Shown here piece after piece: positions 61,401 through 64,000 of a DNA stretch of 64,000 nucleotides. The DNA comes from Mytilus californianus (Eukaryota). Within the stretch, counting starts at the first letter, position 1. Each line of letters starts with the position of its first letter. Under the pieces are notes generated by a model. It saw nothing but the letters and a program-made list of their open reading frames with translations. It had not been told where the DNA came from and searched no databases. The stretch lies in NCBI RefSeq assembly GCF_021869535.1, contig NW_026262701.1:110732001-110796000 (forward strand), in the 5' to 3' direction. Made by a program: the position numbers and the translations under genes.

Positions 61401-64000
61401 CAATGTCAGAGAGATCCATACACTTACACACAAGTTATGTCTGGAAGTTACAAAAATGCGTATTTTTGGCCCCTTTTTGGCCCCTAATTCCTTTACTGTT
61501 GGTACCATAACCCCCAAAATCAATCCCCATCTTCCTTTTGTGGTATTGAACCTTATGGTAAAATTTCATTGAGATCCATTCACTTAAACTAAAGTTAGAG
61601 TGCGAAAACTAATGTGTCTTCGGACAACGACGACGCCATACCAATATACGACCACAAAATTTTTTTGCGGCCGTATAAAAATTACAGGTACTTTTAACTA
61701 TATATATATGCATTCATGTAGTATTGTACATATATTGTACAGCCAGATGCAAGAAGAAAGAATTCTTTTTGGAACTGTTCGTCTTAAATAAAATAATTAT
61801 AGACACAGATATACATGTACAAATTAATGTACTTTTGTATATATGGAAGATGGTTGTGAAATCCAAAATGAATTCTTGCCTATTAAAGTTTGCTGATTTG
61901 TTAGCTATATCATGTATGTCATTGTTTAAATTCATTGTATATAAATAATAAAAATATTTTCCCTGTAAAAACCCAAAGTAAAGCCTGATGTAATTATCCA
62001 AATATTTATACTATAATCAAAGCCTTTCCATCTGACCATGAAATGACTTAACTATACAATCTATTCAAGGTGTATAACTAATTTACCAAAGTAAAAACAA
62101 TGGTTCAAATGTCAATCATAATTCATTATATACAAGTTAGGTGTAGACGATAATGTACACATACATGTAAAGCAGTGCACAAAAAGTTAATAACTTGTTA
62201 AAGGAATAGATAATTCAACAATCATAAAATAAATTATATACATGTACAGAACAATCATTGCATTAAAAAATGTAGGTCTGTTTAAATTCAAGAATTATTT
62301 AGGTGTTTTTGTATGCCATGTGTCATGTTTGTACACAAATGAACAGTGTAAAAACAAATTACTTTACATGTATGTTATAAATGTATGTATGAAATATATA
62401 AAGGATAAGTTAAATAGCCCGGAACATTTTCGTATTTGCGAAATCCCAACTCAAACATGGGTATGAAAGTTTGTGAATGCTAATACCCATATAACCATAA
62501 GGTGATCACCTCTAACATGCCTAGATTGATGTTTGCTATATGACGCCTTAGCACAAAAAGGCCCTATCTCTGTGAGACCCCCTTTAAATGATTTCTTTTT
62601 AGTTTGGTTGTTGTGGCACACAGATGTCTACCTCCACTGTTCACTTCACAGACAAAAATATTCCTGTCTTACCCAACCTCCTGGGTTCAAATGTACATGG
62701 AAGACAATGCTTATGGCAATTTTCCTGCAAGATCAAACTTTTTAAATCCATTTGAATAGATGGAAAAAAATTTACACTTGGCAAAAGGCGAGTTTGGGAA
62801 AATTTGGACACCCTCATTGGCAAGAGTTCTAGTCTTCTTATACGTATGCCTTACCATGTGGGCAACATTTCTAGTCATCTTAATATGTTTGCCTTACCAT
62901 GTGGGCAACATTTCTAGTCATCTTAATACGTTTGCCTTACCATGTGGGCAACATTTCTAGTCATCTTAATATGTTTGCCTTGCCATGTGGGCAACATCAG
63001 AGGCAGATTTAGGGGGAGCCCGTGCCCCCCCCCCCCCCCCCCCCCCCCCTTTTGGAGCTTCATTTATGGTCAATCCAGACTTTTTACCGGTTCCACTACA
63101 TATTTTGTCTACTTTGGGGGTCGTGGGCCCCCCTTTTCAAAATCCTGGATCTGGATCTGAAAATTTCTAGTCATCTTATTATCTCCTGATCTTGTAAATG
63201 TATTCAGATTGACAATATTTCCTATAATGTATATACATTTTGAGTGTTTAAGTATATTGTATTGAACTTAATATCTTACCTGTCTGACTGTTAGTATTAG
63301 TTATATTAAAATTCATGATGATGGATCTGTGACCGACTTCTTCATAATCCAAAGTATGACCTTCTTTAACAAATACATTTCCTCTTGTATCTACTTGAAA
63401 CAGGTCAACAGTTGACTCTATGAGGTGGTACTGTTCAATGCCTGTTGAAGGTGTAAGCTGGGAAGCAATGGAGAAAAGTGGTTTGCTTTTACCCTCATTT
63501 TCAAAAATTTCAAAACTTCTCTCTAATCTATTTACTGCCCGTTTTGACAAATGATGATGTGGAATAAACTTTAAATTTCCAGACAAAATATTTATTTGAA
63601 CGTTTGCTGATGACTTAAGGCCACCTTGATCAGTAGCCACTACTCTGAATTTATGATCTTTAACGGAATATGAACTTGAAGACAGTACTATATCTCCAGA
63701 CATTGAGTTAATACTGAAATCTGTTGTTCCCTCTAAATGATATGAAACTGTTCCAATGTCCTTGTCAATGGCCTGAACCTTTAAAACAGAACTCCCAACT
63801 AACAAACTAGTGGGTATATTTGTGGTATATTTTGTTTGATTAAATTTGGGAATTTCGTCATTTTCATCTTGTATATACACATGAATGACTGTTTGTGCAA
63901 TTTTTCCATCCTTTGATTTTGCTTGTAGCAGTAATGAATATGTATCTTTTTTTTCTCTGTCCAGTGGTCCATTTGTGTATATTTCTACACATTGCTTAGC
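4245..64000 (-). CDS. CadN: Neural-cadherin-like (type III classical cadherin) multi-exon gene, 5' end outside window; 35 coding exons, 2864 aa in window
   Basis: All 34 introns are GT-AG with matching phases; the summed exon length of 8595 nt is divisible by 3 and ends in TAG at 4245-4247. DXNDN/LDRE/AXDXD cadherin motifs, DDGSCC and HGSPWY motifs, two LamG domains, EGFs, TM and the C-terminal YEG...SLSSL...WGPKF..LADMYG are collinear with Drosophila DN-cadherin as recalled. Orthology versus a paralogue was not tested. Confidence 0.93.
5072..5167 (-). CDS. CadN: Cadherin exon 34: cytoplasmic
   Basis: AG/GT, phase 1-1; [15 protein letters not shown]...PNGK; not in ORF track. Confidence 0.85.
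5360..5698 (-). mobile_element. Degenerate tRNA-derived SINE (Meta-domain-like)
   Basis: Minus strand has A-box-like TGGTCTCTTGG and B-box-like GGTTCTATCCC, then GCTAAGCATGCA...GTAAGAGCAAAGACTGG; family assignment from recall. Confidence 0.55.
6004..6132 (-). CDS. CadN: Cadherin exon 33: end of TM and juxtamembrane domain
   Basis: AG/GT, phase 1-1; [16 protein letters not shown]...[15 protein letters not shown]. Confidence 0.93.
6914..7161 (-). CDS. CadN: Cadherin exon 32: EGF-like and start of TM
   Basis: AG/GT, phase 2-1; CPNHS...CYSGGKC...[12 protein letters not shown]...[13 protein letters not shown]. Confidence 0.93.
7980..8181 (-). CDS. CadN: Cadherin exon 31: end of LamG2 and Cys-rich segment
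   Basis: AG/GT, phase 1-2; [13 protein letters not shown]...[10 protein letters not shown]; not in ORF track. Confidence 0.9.
8650..8950 (-). CDS. CadN: Cadherin exon 30: LamG2
   Basis: AG/GT, phase 0-1; [13 protein letters not shown]...NNGQWHTV...[12 protein letters not shown]. Confidence 0.93.
9286..9839 (-). mobile_element. Helentron-associated non-autonomous element (HINE-like), family A, ~160-bp internal cores
   Basis: Terminal hairpin GTGTCC-ATG-GGACAC, tandem cores, GGAC microsatellite remnant, GGGGCATAA end; homologous to 47703, 55118 and 16912. Confidence 0.75.
10214..10392 (-). CDS. CadN: Cadherin exon 29: LamG2 start
   Basis: AG/GT, phase 1-0; ETTVRDF...[12 protein letters not shown]...FITLE. 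Confidence 0.93.
10650..10862 (+). mobile_element. Degenerate tRNA-derived SINE (V-domain-like)
   Basis: B-box GTTCGAACC at ~10730 followed by GGTTTCTCTCTGGGCACTCTGGCTTCCTCC; family from recall. Confidence 0.5.
11082..11301 (-). CDS. CadN: Cadherin exon 28: EGF-like between the LamG domains
   Basis: AG/GT, phase 0-1; LYDLHTSK...CGQHGTC...CVCHPGY...CQL. Confidence 0.93.
11778..11819 (+). ncRNA. Degenerate minimal type I hammerhead ribozyme-like motif (Penelope/retrozyme type)
   Basis: GCGTTC-CTGATGA-AGGTGAATCCA-GAA-AAGTGCTT-T-GGACAC: helix I, core, short helix II, near-palindromic helix III. Confidence 0.55.
11872..12099 (-). CDS. CadN: Cadherin exon 27: LamG1
   Basis: AG/GT, phase 0-0; HVTMIVDHC...[11 protein letters not shown]...[13 protein letters not shown]. 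Confidence 0.93.
12590..12953 (-). CDS. CadN: Cadherin exon 26: end of EGF1 and LamG1
   Basis: AG/GT, phase 2-0; [14 protein letters not shown]...GLLFYNGP...DFISLEL...[16 protein letters not shown]. Confidence 0.93.
13003..13179. mobile_element. TA-flanked MITE (Tc1/mariner-type ends); partial relatives near 7428, 10862-11039, 14415, 16248, 18640 and 25905
   Basis: TIRs TACTGTGGATTCATT / AATGAATCCACAGTA. Confidence 0.75.
13634..13908 (-). CDS. CadN: Cadherin exon 25: end of NC domain and EGF1
   Basis: AG/GT, phase 0-2; FETESGG...IDECLKE...CFNGGTC. Confidence 0.93.
14959..15215 (-). CDS. CadN: Cadherin exon 24: NC domain
   Basis: AG/GT, phase 1-0; GITAEQFM...NVDIFSV...[12 protein letters not shown]...KTE. 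Confidence 0.94.
15595..16045. repeat. 60-bp minisatellite spanning the exon 23 splice donor
   Basis: Units end at 16001, 15941, 15907 (34-bp truncated unit), 15847, 15787, 15721 (66 bp), 15661 and 15601. Confidence 0.92.
16001..16185 (-). CDS. CadN: Cadherin exon 23: last EC repeat into NC domain
   Basis: AG/GT, phase 2-1; [13 protein letters not shown]...[17 protein letters not shown]; first of several possible donors assumed. Confidence 0.88.
16912..17092 (-). mobile_element. HINE-like family A, internally deleted copy
   Basis: Both terminal hairpins and the GGAC repeats are present, most cores are missing. Confidence 0.7.
17159..17273 (-). CDS. CadN: Cadherin exon 22: EC
   Basis: AG/GT, phase 1-2; [20 protein letters not shown]...MTQFF; not in ORF track. 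Confidence 0.9.
17568..17762. repeat. Tandem pair of an interspersed repeat (GGAGAGTTGTCTCATTGGCA..ATACCACATCT); relatives near 29150 and 41950
   Basis: Two ~97-bp near-identical copies; the same motif occurs elsewhere in the window. Confidence 0.75.
18072..18290 (-). CDS. CadN: Cadherin exon 21: EC
   Basis: AG/GT, phase 1-1; GDGGNGTG...[14 protein letters not shown]...EIFVYNYK. Confidence 0.94.
18789..19270. mobile_element. Decayed TA-flanked MITE (CAGTCAAACCTG-type TIR)
   Basis: Left end TA|CAGTCAAACCTG; right end CAGGTTTG incomplete; GC/CpG-richer than its flanks. Confidence 0.55.
19736..19996 (-). CDS. CadN: Cadherin exon 20: EC
   Basis: AG/GT, phase 1-1; [23 protein letters not shown]...YGPPFKF...FDP. 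Confidence 0.94.
20159..20280. repeat. 40-bp tandem repeat, 3 copies
   Basis: TAATTTCTATCATTAAGTACTTTATGCACATGTACTGAAG x3. Confidence 0.92.
20320..20468 (-). CDS. CadN: Cadherin exon 19: EC
   Basis: AG/GT, phase 2-1; [10 protein letters not shown]...LDRETSDQY...AIDK. Confidence 0.92.
20720..20961 (-). CDS. CadN: Cadherin exon 18: EC
   Basis: AG/GT, phase 0-2; [12 protein letters not shown]...[10 protein letters not shown]...NEF; not in ORF track. Confidence 0.92.
21455..21933 (-). CDS. CadN: Cadherin exon 17: EC
   Basis: AG/GT, phase 1-0; [13 protein letters not shown]...LDRE...DENDERP...ITVYN. Confidence 0.95.
22398..22648. mobile_element. MITE-like element with subterminal inverted repeats
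   Basis: TGTTTGATGTTGCTTACC near the left end matches the reverse complement of GGTAGATAGGCAACATCAAGCA near the right end; AGGCCA/TGGCT termini. Confidence 0.5.
23361..23679 (-). CDS. CadN: Cadherin exon 16: EC
   Basis: AG/GT, phase 0-1; VGATDKD...[10 protein letters not shown]...IGYAYV...DINDNRP...NSAK. Confidence 0.95.
24046..24219 (-). CDS. CadN: Cadherin exon 15: EC
   Basis: AG/GT, phase 0-0; [10 protein letters not shown]...[12 protein letters not shown]...FLVQ; not in ORF track. Confidence 0.92.
24925..25040 (-). CDS. CadN: Cadherin exon 14: EC
   Basis: AG/GT, phase 1-0; [11 protein letters not shown]...[17 protein letters not shown]; not in ORF track. Confidence 0.92.
25447..25593 (-). 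CDS. CadN: Cadherin exon 13: EC
   Basis: AG/GT, phase 1-1; [18 protein letters not shown]...ATDKDI; not in ORF track. Confidence 0.92.
26127..26523. mobile_element. MITE-like element with AGGATGTACTT TIRs, TTAA at right flank (Kolobok-like ends)
   Basis: Left AGGATGTACTT-AGGTGA versus right TCACCT-ATTA-AAGTACATCCT|TAA; left target site degenerate. Confidence 0.5.
26647..26839 (-). CDS. CadN: Cadherin exon 12: EC
   Basis: AG/GT, phase 0-1; VYYSLVADK...FDREE...AKDG...SPNS. Confidence 0.94.
27139..27342 (-). CDS. CadN: Cadherin exon 11: EC
   Basis: AG/GT, phase 0-0; NQGLTPLS...DMNNEVPQF...LPNNL. Confidence 0.94.
27478..27774 (-). mobile_element. HINE-like family B
   Basis: AACAAGAA..GTCCATAGTACAC head, (GACG/AACG)n, CCC-ATAAAT-GGGGC hairpin; near-identical to 30249. 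Confidence 0.75.
27952..28332 (-). CDS. CadN: Cadherin exon 10: EC
   Basis: AG/GT, phase 0-0; [20 protein letters not shown]...PLNY...LRVT. Confidence 0.94.
29291..29749 (-). CDS. CadN: Cadherin exon 9: EC
   Basis: AG/GT, phase 0-0; [12 protein letters not shown]...FDRE...DLNDNPPKF...TKSLSD. Confidence 0.95.
30249..30549 (-). mobile_element. HINE-like family B
   Basis: Second copy of the 27478 element. Confidence 0.75.
30723..31000 (-). CDS. CadN: Cadherin exon 8: EC
   Basis: AG/GT, phase 1-0; DKLSV...YDDGSCCGG...DINNNNPRF...FVVR. Confidence 0.94.
31591..31847 (-). CDS. CadN: Cadherin exon 7: EC
   Basis: AG/GT, phase 2-1; RLDYDF...NINDEPPEF...[12 protein letters not shown]. Confidence 0.94.
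32081..32217 (+). mobile_element. 93-bp insert with hammerhead-like core and AATAAA, flanked by ~21-bp direct repeats
   Basis: DRs ACATCCTAAAATT(TT)CTATATAA at 32081 and 32195; CTGATGA 32112, GAAA 32135, ACATGT palindrome, GTC, AATAAA 32149. Confidence 0.55.
32235..32361 (-). CDS. CadN: Cadherin exon 6: EC
   Basis: AG/GT, phase 1-2; [23 protein letters not shown]...IKVA; not in ORF track. Confidence 0.92.
32891..33548 (+). repeat. 5' LTR, 658 bp
   Basis: TGGATTGAAG...CCGCAACA; no difference from the 3' LTR found by eye. Confidence 0.96.
33552..33569 (+). promoter_or_regulatory. Primer-binding site complementary to the initiator-Met tRNA 3' end
   Basis: TGGTAGCAGAGCGTGGTT, 3 nt after the LTR; its reverse complement ends in CTCTGCTACCA as eukaryotic tRNA-iMet does. 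Confidence 0.85.
33604..39162 (+). CDS. BEL/Pao Gag-Pol polyprotein, 1852 aa (Gag with three Cys/His knuckles, aspartic protease, RT, RNase H, integrase)
   Basis: CxxCx3Hx4C, CxxCx4Hx5C and Cx4Cx3Hx4H; LLDDAS; [19 protein letters not shown]; FSDAS, PRLEL, NPAD; HHCC plus VDFGGP/SDNGTNF/HETMI; PR-RT-RH-IN order. Confidence 0.97.
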   Translation: MSNWDLEIEAEASEGDKMDETVIAKPDESVRLEDLKKEKAKAKSTFTKTRHSLLQILEEDFPDREEIKVFQEKLINAEEKAMDIMGNICDEYKHRNDILNMKKTTKEMEKMEEEFTDAENECRDYLIESKVGSSVGSSVSRISKRANVNSGNKVESKPINKEKEVKPEFEQTTKEENNDKQLNETKFSSELGQDMWKQLKRVSIPVFTGNKRNYQSWKAAFLACIDQAPATKEYKLLQLRQYVEGEALQVIENLGHSAVAYDAAKERLERKYGGQRRQITLYIEELENFKPMREGFAKDIENFADLLDIAVVNLKEAGRFEELKNGSLYNKLQRKMTESMLSRYHRWIFESGKIESVECLREWILQEAEFQTIASETIHGLSANTSSNSQRNYKGNRRDGFRTFFGESQNKENIGNRESIKHLCKCCNGHHGVWRCNEFRKLTVHKRWETAKRLQLCYRCLGHDHVGRQCPRSRACNLGGCKEVHNRLLHRDKQSFSEPKVPVRTESKTKQNYATEKKEDTAAATEGESQNRTMIGRDRKSNFVTLRTVPVILKNGNRTVSVNALLDDASTKTYINADVAAELGLQGQVQKVTVNVLNDNVETFETMPVEVRLQSHNGQTDAKIVAFTTNRVTGSLQPVDWKQHARKWEHLAGIKFPNLGQRPTVDMLIGLDYPDLHYSYRDIRGKPGEPIARLTPLGWTCIGDPNSGQEQTLFNRTYFARGHENRNDLDNIVRKFWEIENVKTPSDNVFLNSDERKALSIVEQSLEFKDGHYEVKVPWKDDTPLLPNNYNMALHRLENTEKRLKKDPSIAKDYTQTIEKYIKKGYVRKVSAKEETVAGKWYLPHFPVIRPDKETTKTRIVFDASAKFQGISLNDTIHQGPKLQQDLFDVLLRFRKNPVALVCDIAEMYLRIKIAPDDRPFHRFLWRAMKTEHVPEEYEFNSVVFGVNSSPFQAQFVSRKHAEMTKDSYPRAAETVLKSTYMDDSMDSVINDEQGIELYNQLSQLWEKAGMYARKWLSNSKAVLQCIPEEDRASQVDLDEGYLPSVKTLGVIWQADNDIFTFKANPPADDFKFTKRNILSKVATLFDPLGFIAPYTIRGKLLLQEMWTAGLDWDDQLDEILVEKSREWFRELDELCCIKIPRCLQLDDDIVSTSLHTFSDASQEAYGSVIYARHEYKSGTISTRLIAAKSRVAPLTSVSIPRLELMAAVLGLRLALSVKHALEVPEDNMTFWSDSMNVLYWIRGRSREYKPFVANRIGEIHTSSHPKQWRHVPTKVNPADLVSRGRKIEQLQSDVIWWNGPEFLQEKEPQWPETNIHIENVRDTELKCKKKTSDKLTNCTTLKSIHTSDSDWRLDPVRYSSFVRLVRVHAYVYRFIDNCRLKQEQRRQGSLSTVEYADAELEIIKNAQREAFSDEYNALIKSKDLPKTSKLLGLQPRIDENGLIRCDGRLEYADFLSFDARYPIILPRKHWVTKLIVKRYHELGKHVSGTNQIFSALSSRFWIISGREEIREYEHECFTCRKRKAKVAEQVMAPLPEIRFKTPLHAFARTAVDFGGPFITVQGRGKRRQKRYLCLFTCLASRAVHLEVAFGLDTDSFLNAFYRMVNRRGLPKEIISDNGTNFVGANRELKELVALLDNDKIQNSISNQGIKWHFNPPLAPHFGGIHETMIKSAKRAIYAILGNADINDEELLTAFTGAEALINSRPLTYQSADPKDDTPLTPNHFLHGQLGGHFAPESVDITDFNPRKRWRRIQELIRHFWKRWIREWLPGLNKRDKWTKTKRDMKTDDIVLVMNPNVPRGHWPLGRIIEVFPGKDGHVRVAKVSLGQTVLIRPITKLCPLNIETSENDSDK
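39307..39319 (+). promoter_or_regulatory. Polypurine tract
   Basis: AAGAGGGGGAGAA directly before the 3' LTR. Confidence 0.9.
39320..39977 (+). repeat. 3' LTR, 658 bp
   Basis: Same length and sequence as the 5' LTR by eye. Confidence 0.96.
40211..40319 (-). CDS. CadN: Cadherin exon 5: EC
   Basis: AG/GT, phase 0-1; [15 protein letters not shown]...TTLFS; not in ORF track. Confidence 0.92.
42099..42363 (-). CDS. CadN: Cadherin exon 4: EC
   Basis: AG/GT, phase 2-0; [14 protein letters not shown]...MDYE...STTQ. Confidence 0.92.
44026..44293 (-). CDS. CadN: Cadherin exon 3: EC
   Basis: AG/GT, phase 1-2; GEGKFAI...VGSRPPQF...QAGY. Confidence 0.92.
44758..44943 (-). CDS. CadN: Cadherin exon 2: EC
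   Basis: AG/GT, phase 1-1; [24 protein letters not shown]...YILES. Confidence 0.94.
45061..45372. repeat. 52-bp minisatellite, ~6 copies
   Basis: AGTATACA..CTCCTGTCCTGCAATGAAATACTATA unit at 45061, 45113, 45165, 45217, 45269 and 45321. Confidence 0.9.
47530..47658. repeat. 21/38-bp tandem repeat
   Basis: TGTACAAATGTATATCTAATG recurs four times. Confidence 0.88.
47703..48450 (-). mobile_element. HINE-like family A, ~4 cores
   Basis: GTGTCC-ATG-GGACAC hairpin, ~161-bp cores, GGAC repeats, GCCCCC...GGGGGC hairpin, AAAAA. Confidence 0.8.
50330..50680. repeat. Interspersed repeat remnant, class uncertain
   Basis: Composition shift and motifs (GAGTACTCTCAGATC, CCCAAGTCAGGAGCCTGTAATTCA) recalled from bivalve repeats; single copy here. 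Confidence 0.35.
51545..52239 (-). mobile_element. HINE-like family C, decayed
   Basis: ACAAGAGTGCAC head; recurring AAAATGAGGTCAAGGTCA cores; GGCTTGACAAAAA end like family D. Confidence 0.6.
53059..53268. mobile_element. TA-flanked MITE (CTGTAAATTCAGAAAT-type TIR); relatives near 6590 and 14905
   Basis: TA|CTGTAAATTCAGAAATTATTGCG ... CATTATTTTCTGAATGAACAG|TA. Confidence 0.65.
55118..55874 (-). mobile_element. HINE-like family A, ~4 cores
   Basis: Same termini, cores and microsatellite as 47703. Confidence 0.8.
57961..58840 (-). mobile_element. HINE-like family D, ~190-bp cores
   Basis: GGGTTCC-GC-GGAACCC hairpin, tandem cores, (GAC/GCC)n, TCGAC-AAAA-GTCGA hairpin, AAAAA. Confidence 0.78.
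59988..60477. repeat. Long inverted repeat (arms ~120-130 bp, spacer ~240 bp)
   Basis: 59988-60118 matches the reverse complement of 60361-60477 with small indels. Confidence 0.85.
60550..61681 (-). mobile_element. HINE-like family E, ~160-bp cores x5
   Basis: GCTCC-GCTGG-GGAGC hairpin, cores with CCCTTTGTG at 60891/61053/61213/61374, (GAC)n, TATACGACC...GGCCGTATA hairpin. Confidence 0.78.
62827..62997. repeat. 43-bp tandem repeat x4, plus a partial unit resuming at 63165
   Basis: TTCTAGTCATCTTAATATGTTTGCCTTACCATGTGGGCAACAT. Confidence 0.9.
62998..63159. mobile_element. 162-bp MITE-like insert with poly-C tract
   Basis: Imperfect TIRs (12/16) CAGAGGCAGATTTAGG / CCTGGATCTGGATCTG; flanks AACAT / AAAAT. 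Confidence 0.65.
63280..64000 (-). CDS. CadN: Cadherin exon 1 in window (5'-truncated by window edge): EC repeats and a dibasic site
   Basis: Open frame from 64000 ([18 protein letters not shown]...DENDEIPKF...HLSKRAVNR...LDYEE...NSQT) to the G|GTAAG donor, phase 1. Confidence 0.93.

Noticed and set aside
44944-63279. Hidden coding exons or a nested gene in the 18.3-kb intron
   Set aside because: Exons 1 and 2 join in phase and give continuous EC sequence (NSQTDYTLVKV); the listed ORFs there are short, repeat-derived or low-complexity. Micro-exons cannot be excluded.

Overview
AT-rich animal genomic DNA; the repeat families resemble those of mytilid mussels (inference, not verified). The window is dominated by one minus-strand gene, a neural-cadherin (DN-cadherin/type III classical cadherin). 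I walked it by hand through 35 GT-AG exons with consistent phases, from an exon open at the right edge (64000) to the TAG at 4245. This gives 8595 nt and 2864 aa: EC repeats, NC domain, EGF/LamG/EGF/LamG/EGF, TM and catenin-binding tail. One intron holds an intact, apparently very young BEL/Pao LTR retrotransposon (32891-39977, + strand) with 658-bp LTRs that look identical by eye, a CCCCT TSD, a tRNA-iMet-type PBS, a PPT and an unbroken 1852-aa gag-pol. The introns also carry Helentron-type non-autonomous elements (11 of 11 in one orientation), TA- and TTAA-type MITEs, SINE remnants and long palindromes. Less expected: (i) two minimal type I hammerhead-ribozyme-like motifs, one inside a 93-bp insert flanked by ~21-bp direct repeats; (ii) repeated tandem duplications that span cadherin splice sites, including a 60-bp array with seven GT donors, an intron built almost entirely from boundary copies, and an exon copy with an excess of synonymous changes. 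All alignments and coordinates were read by eye.
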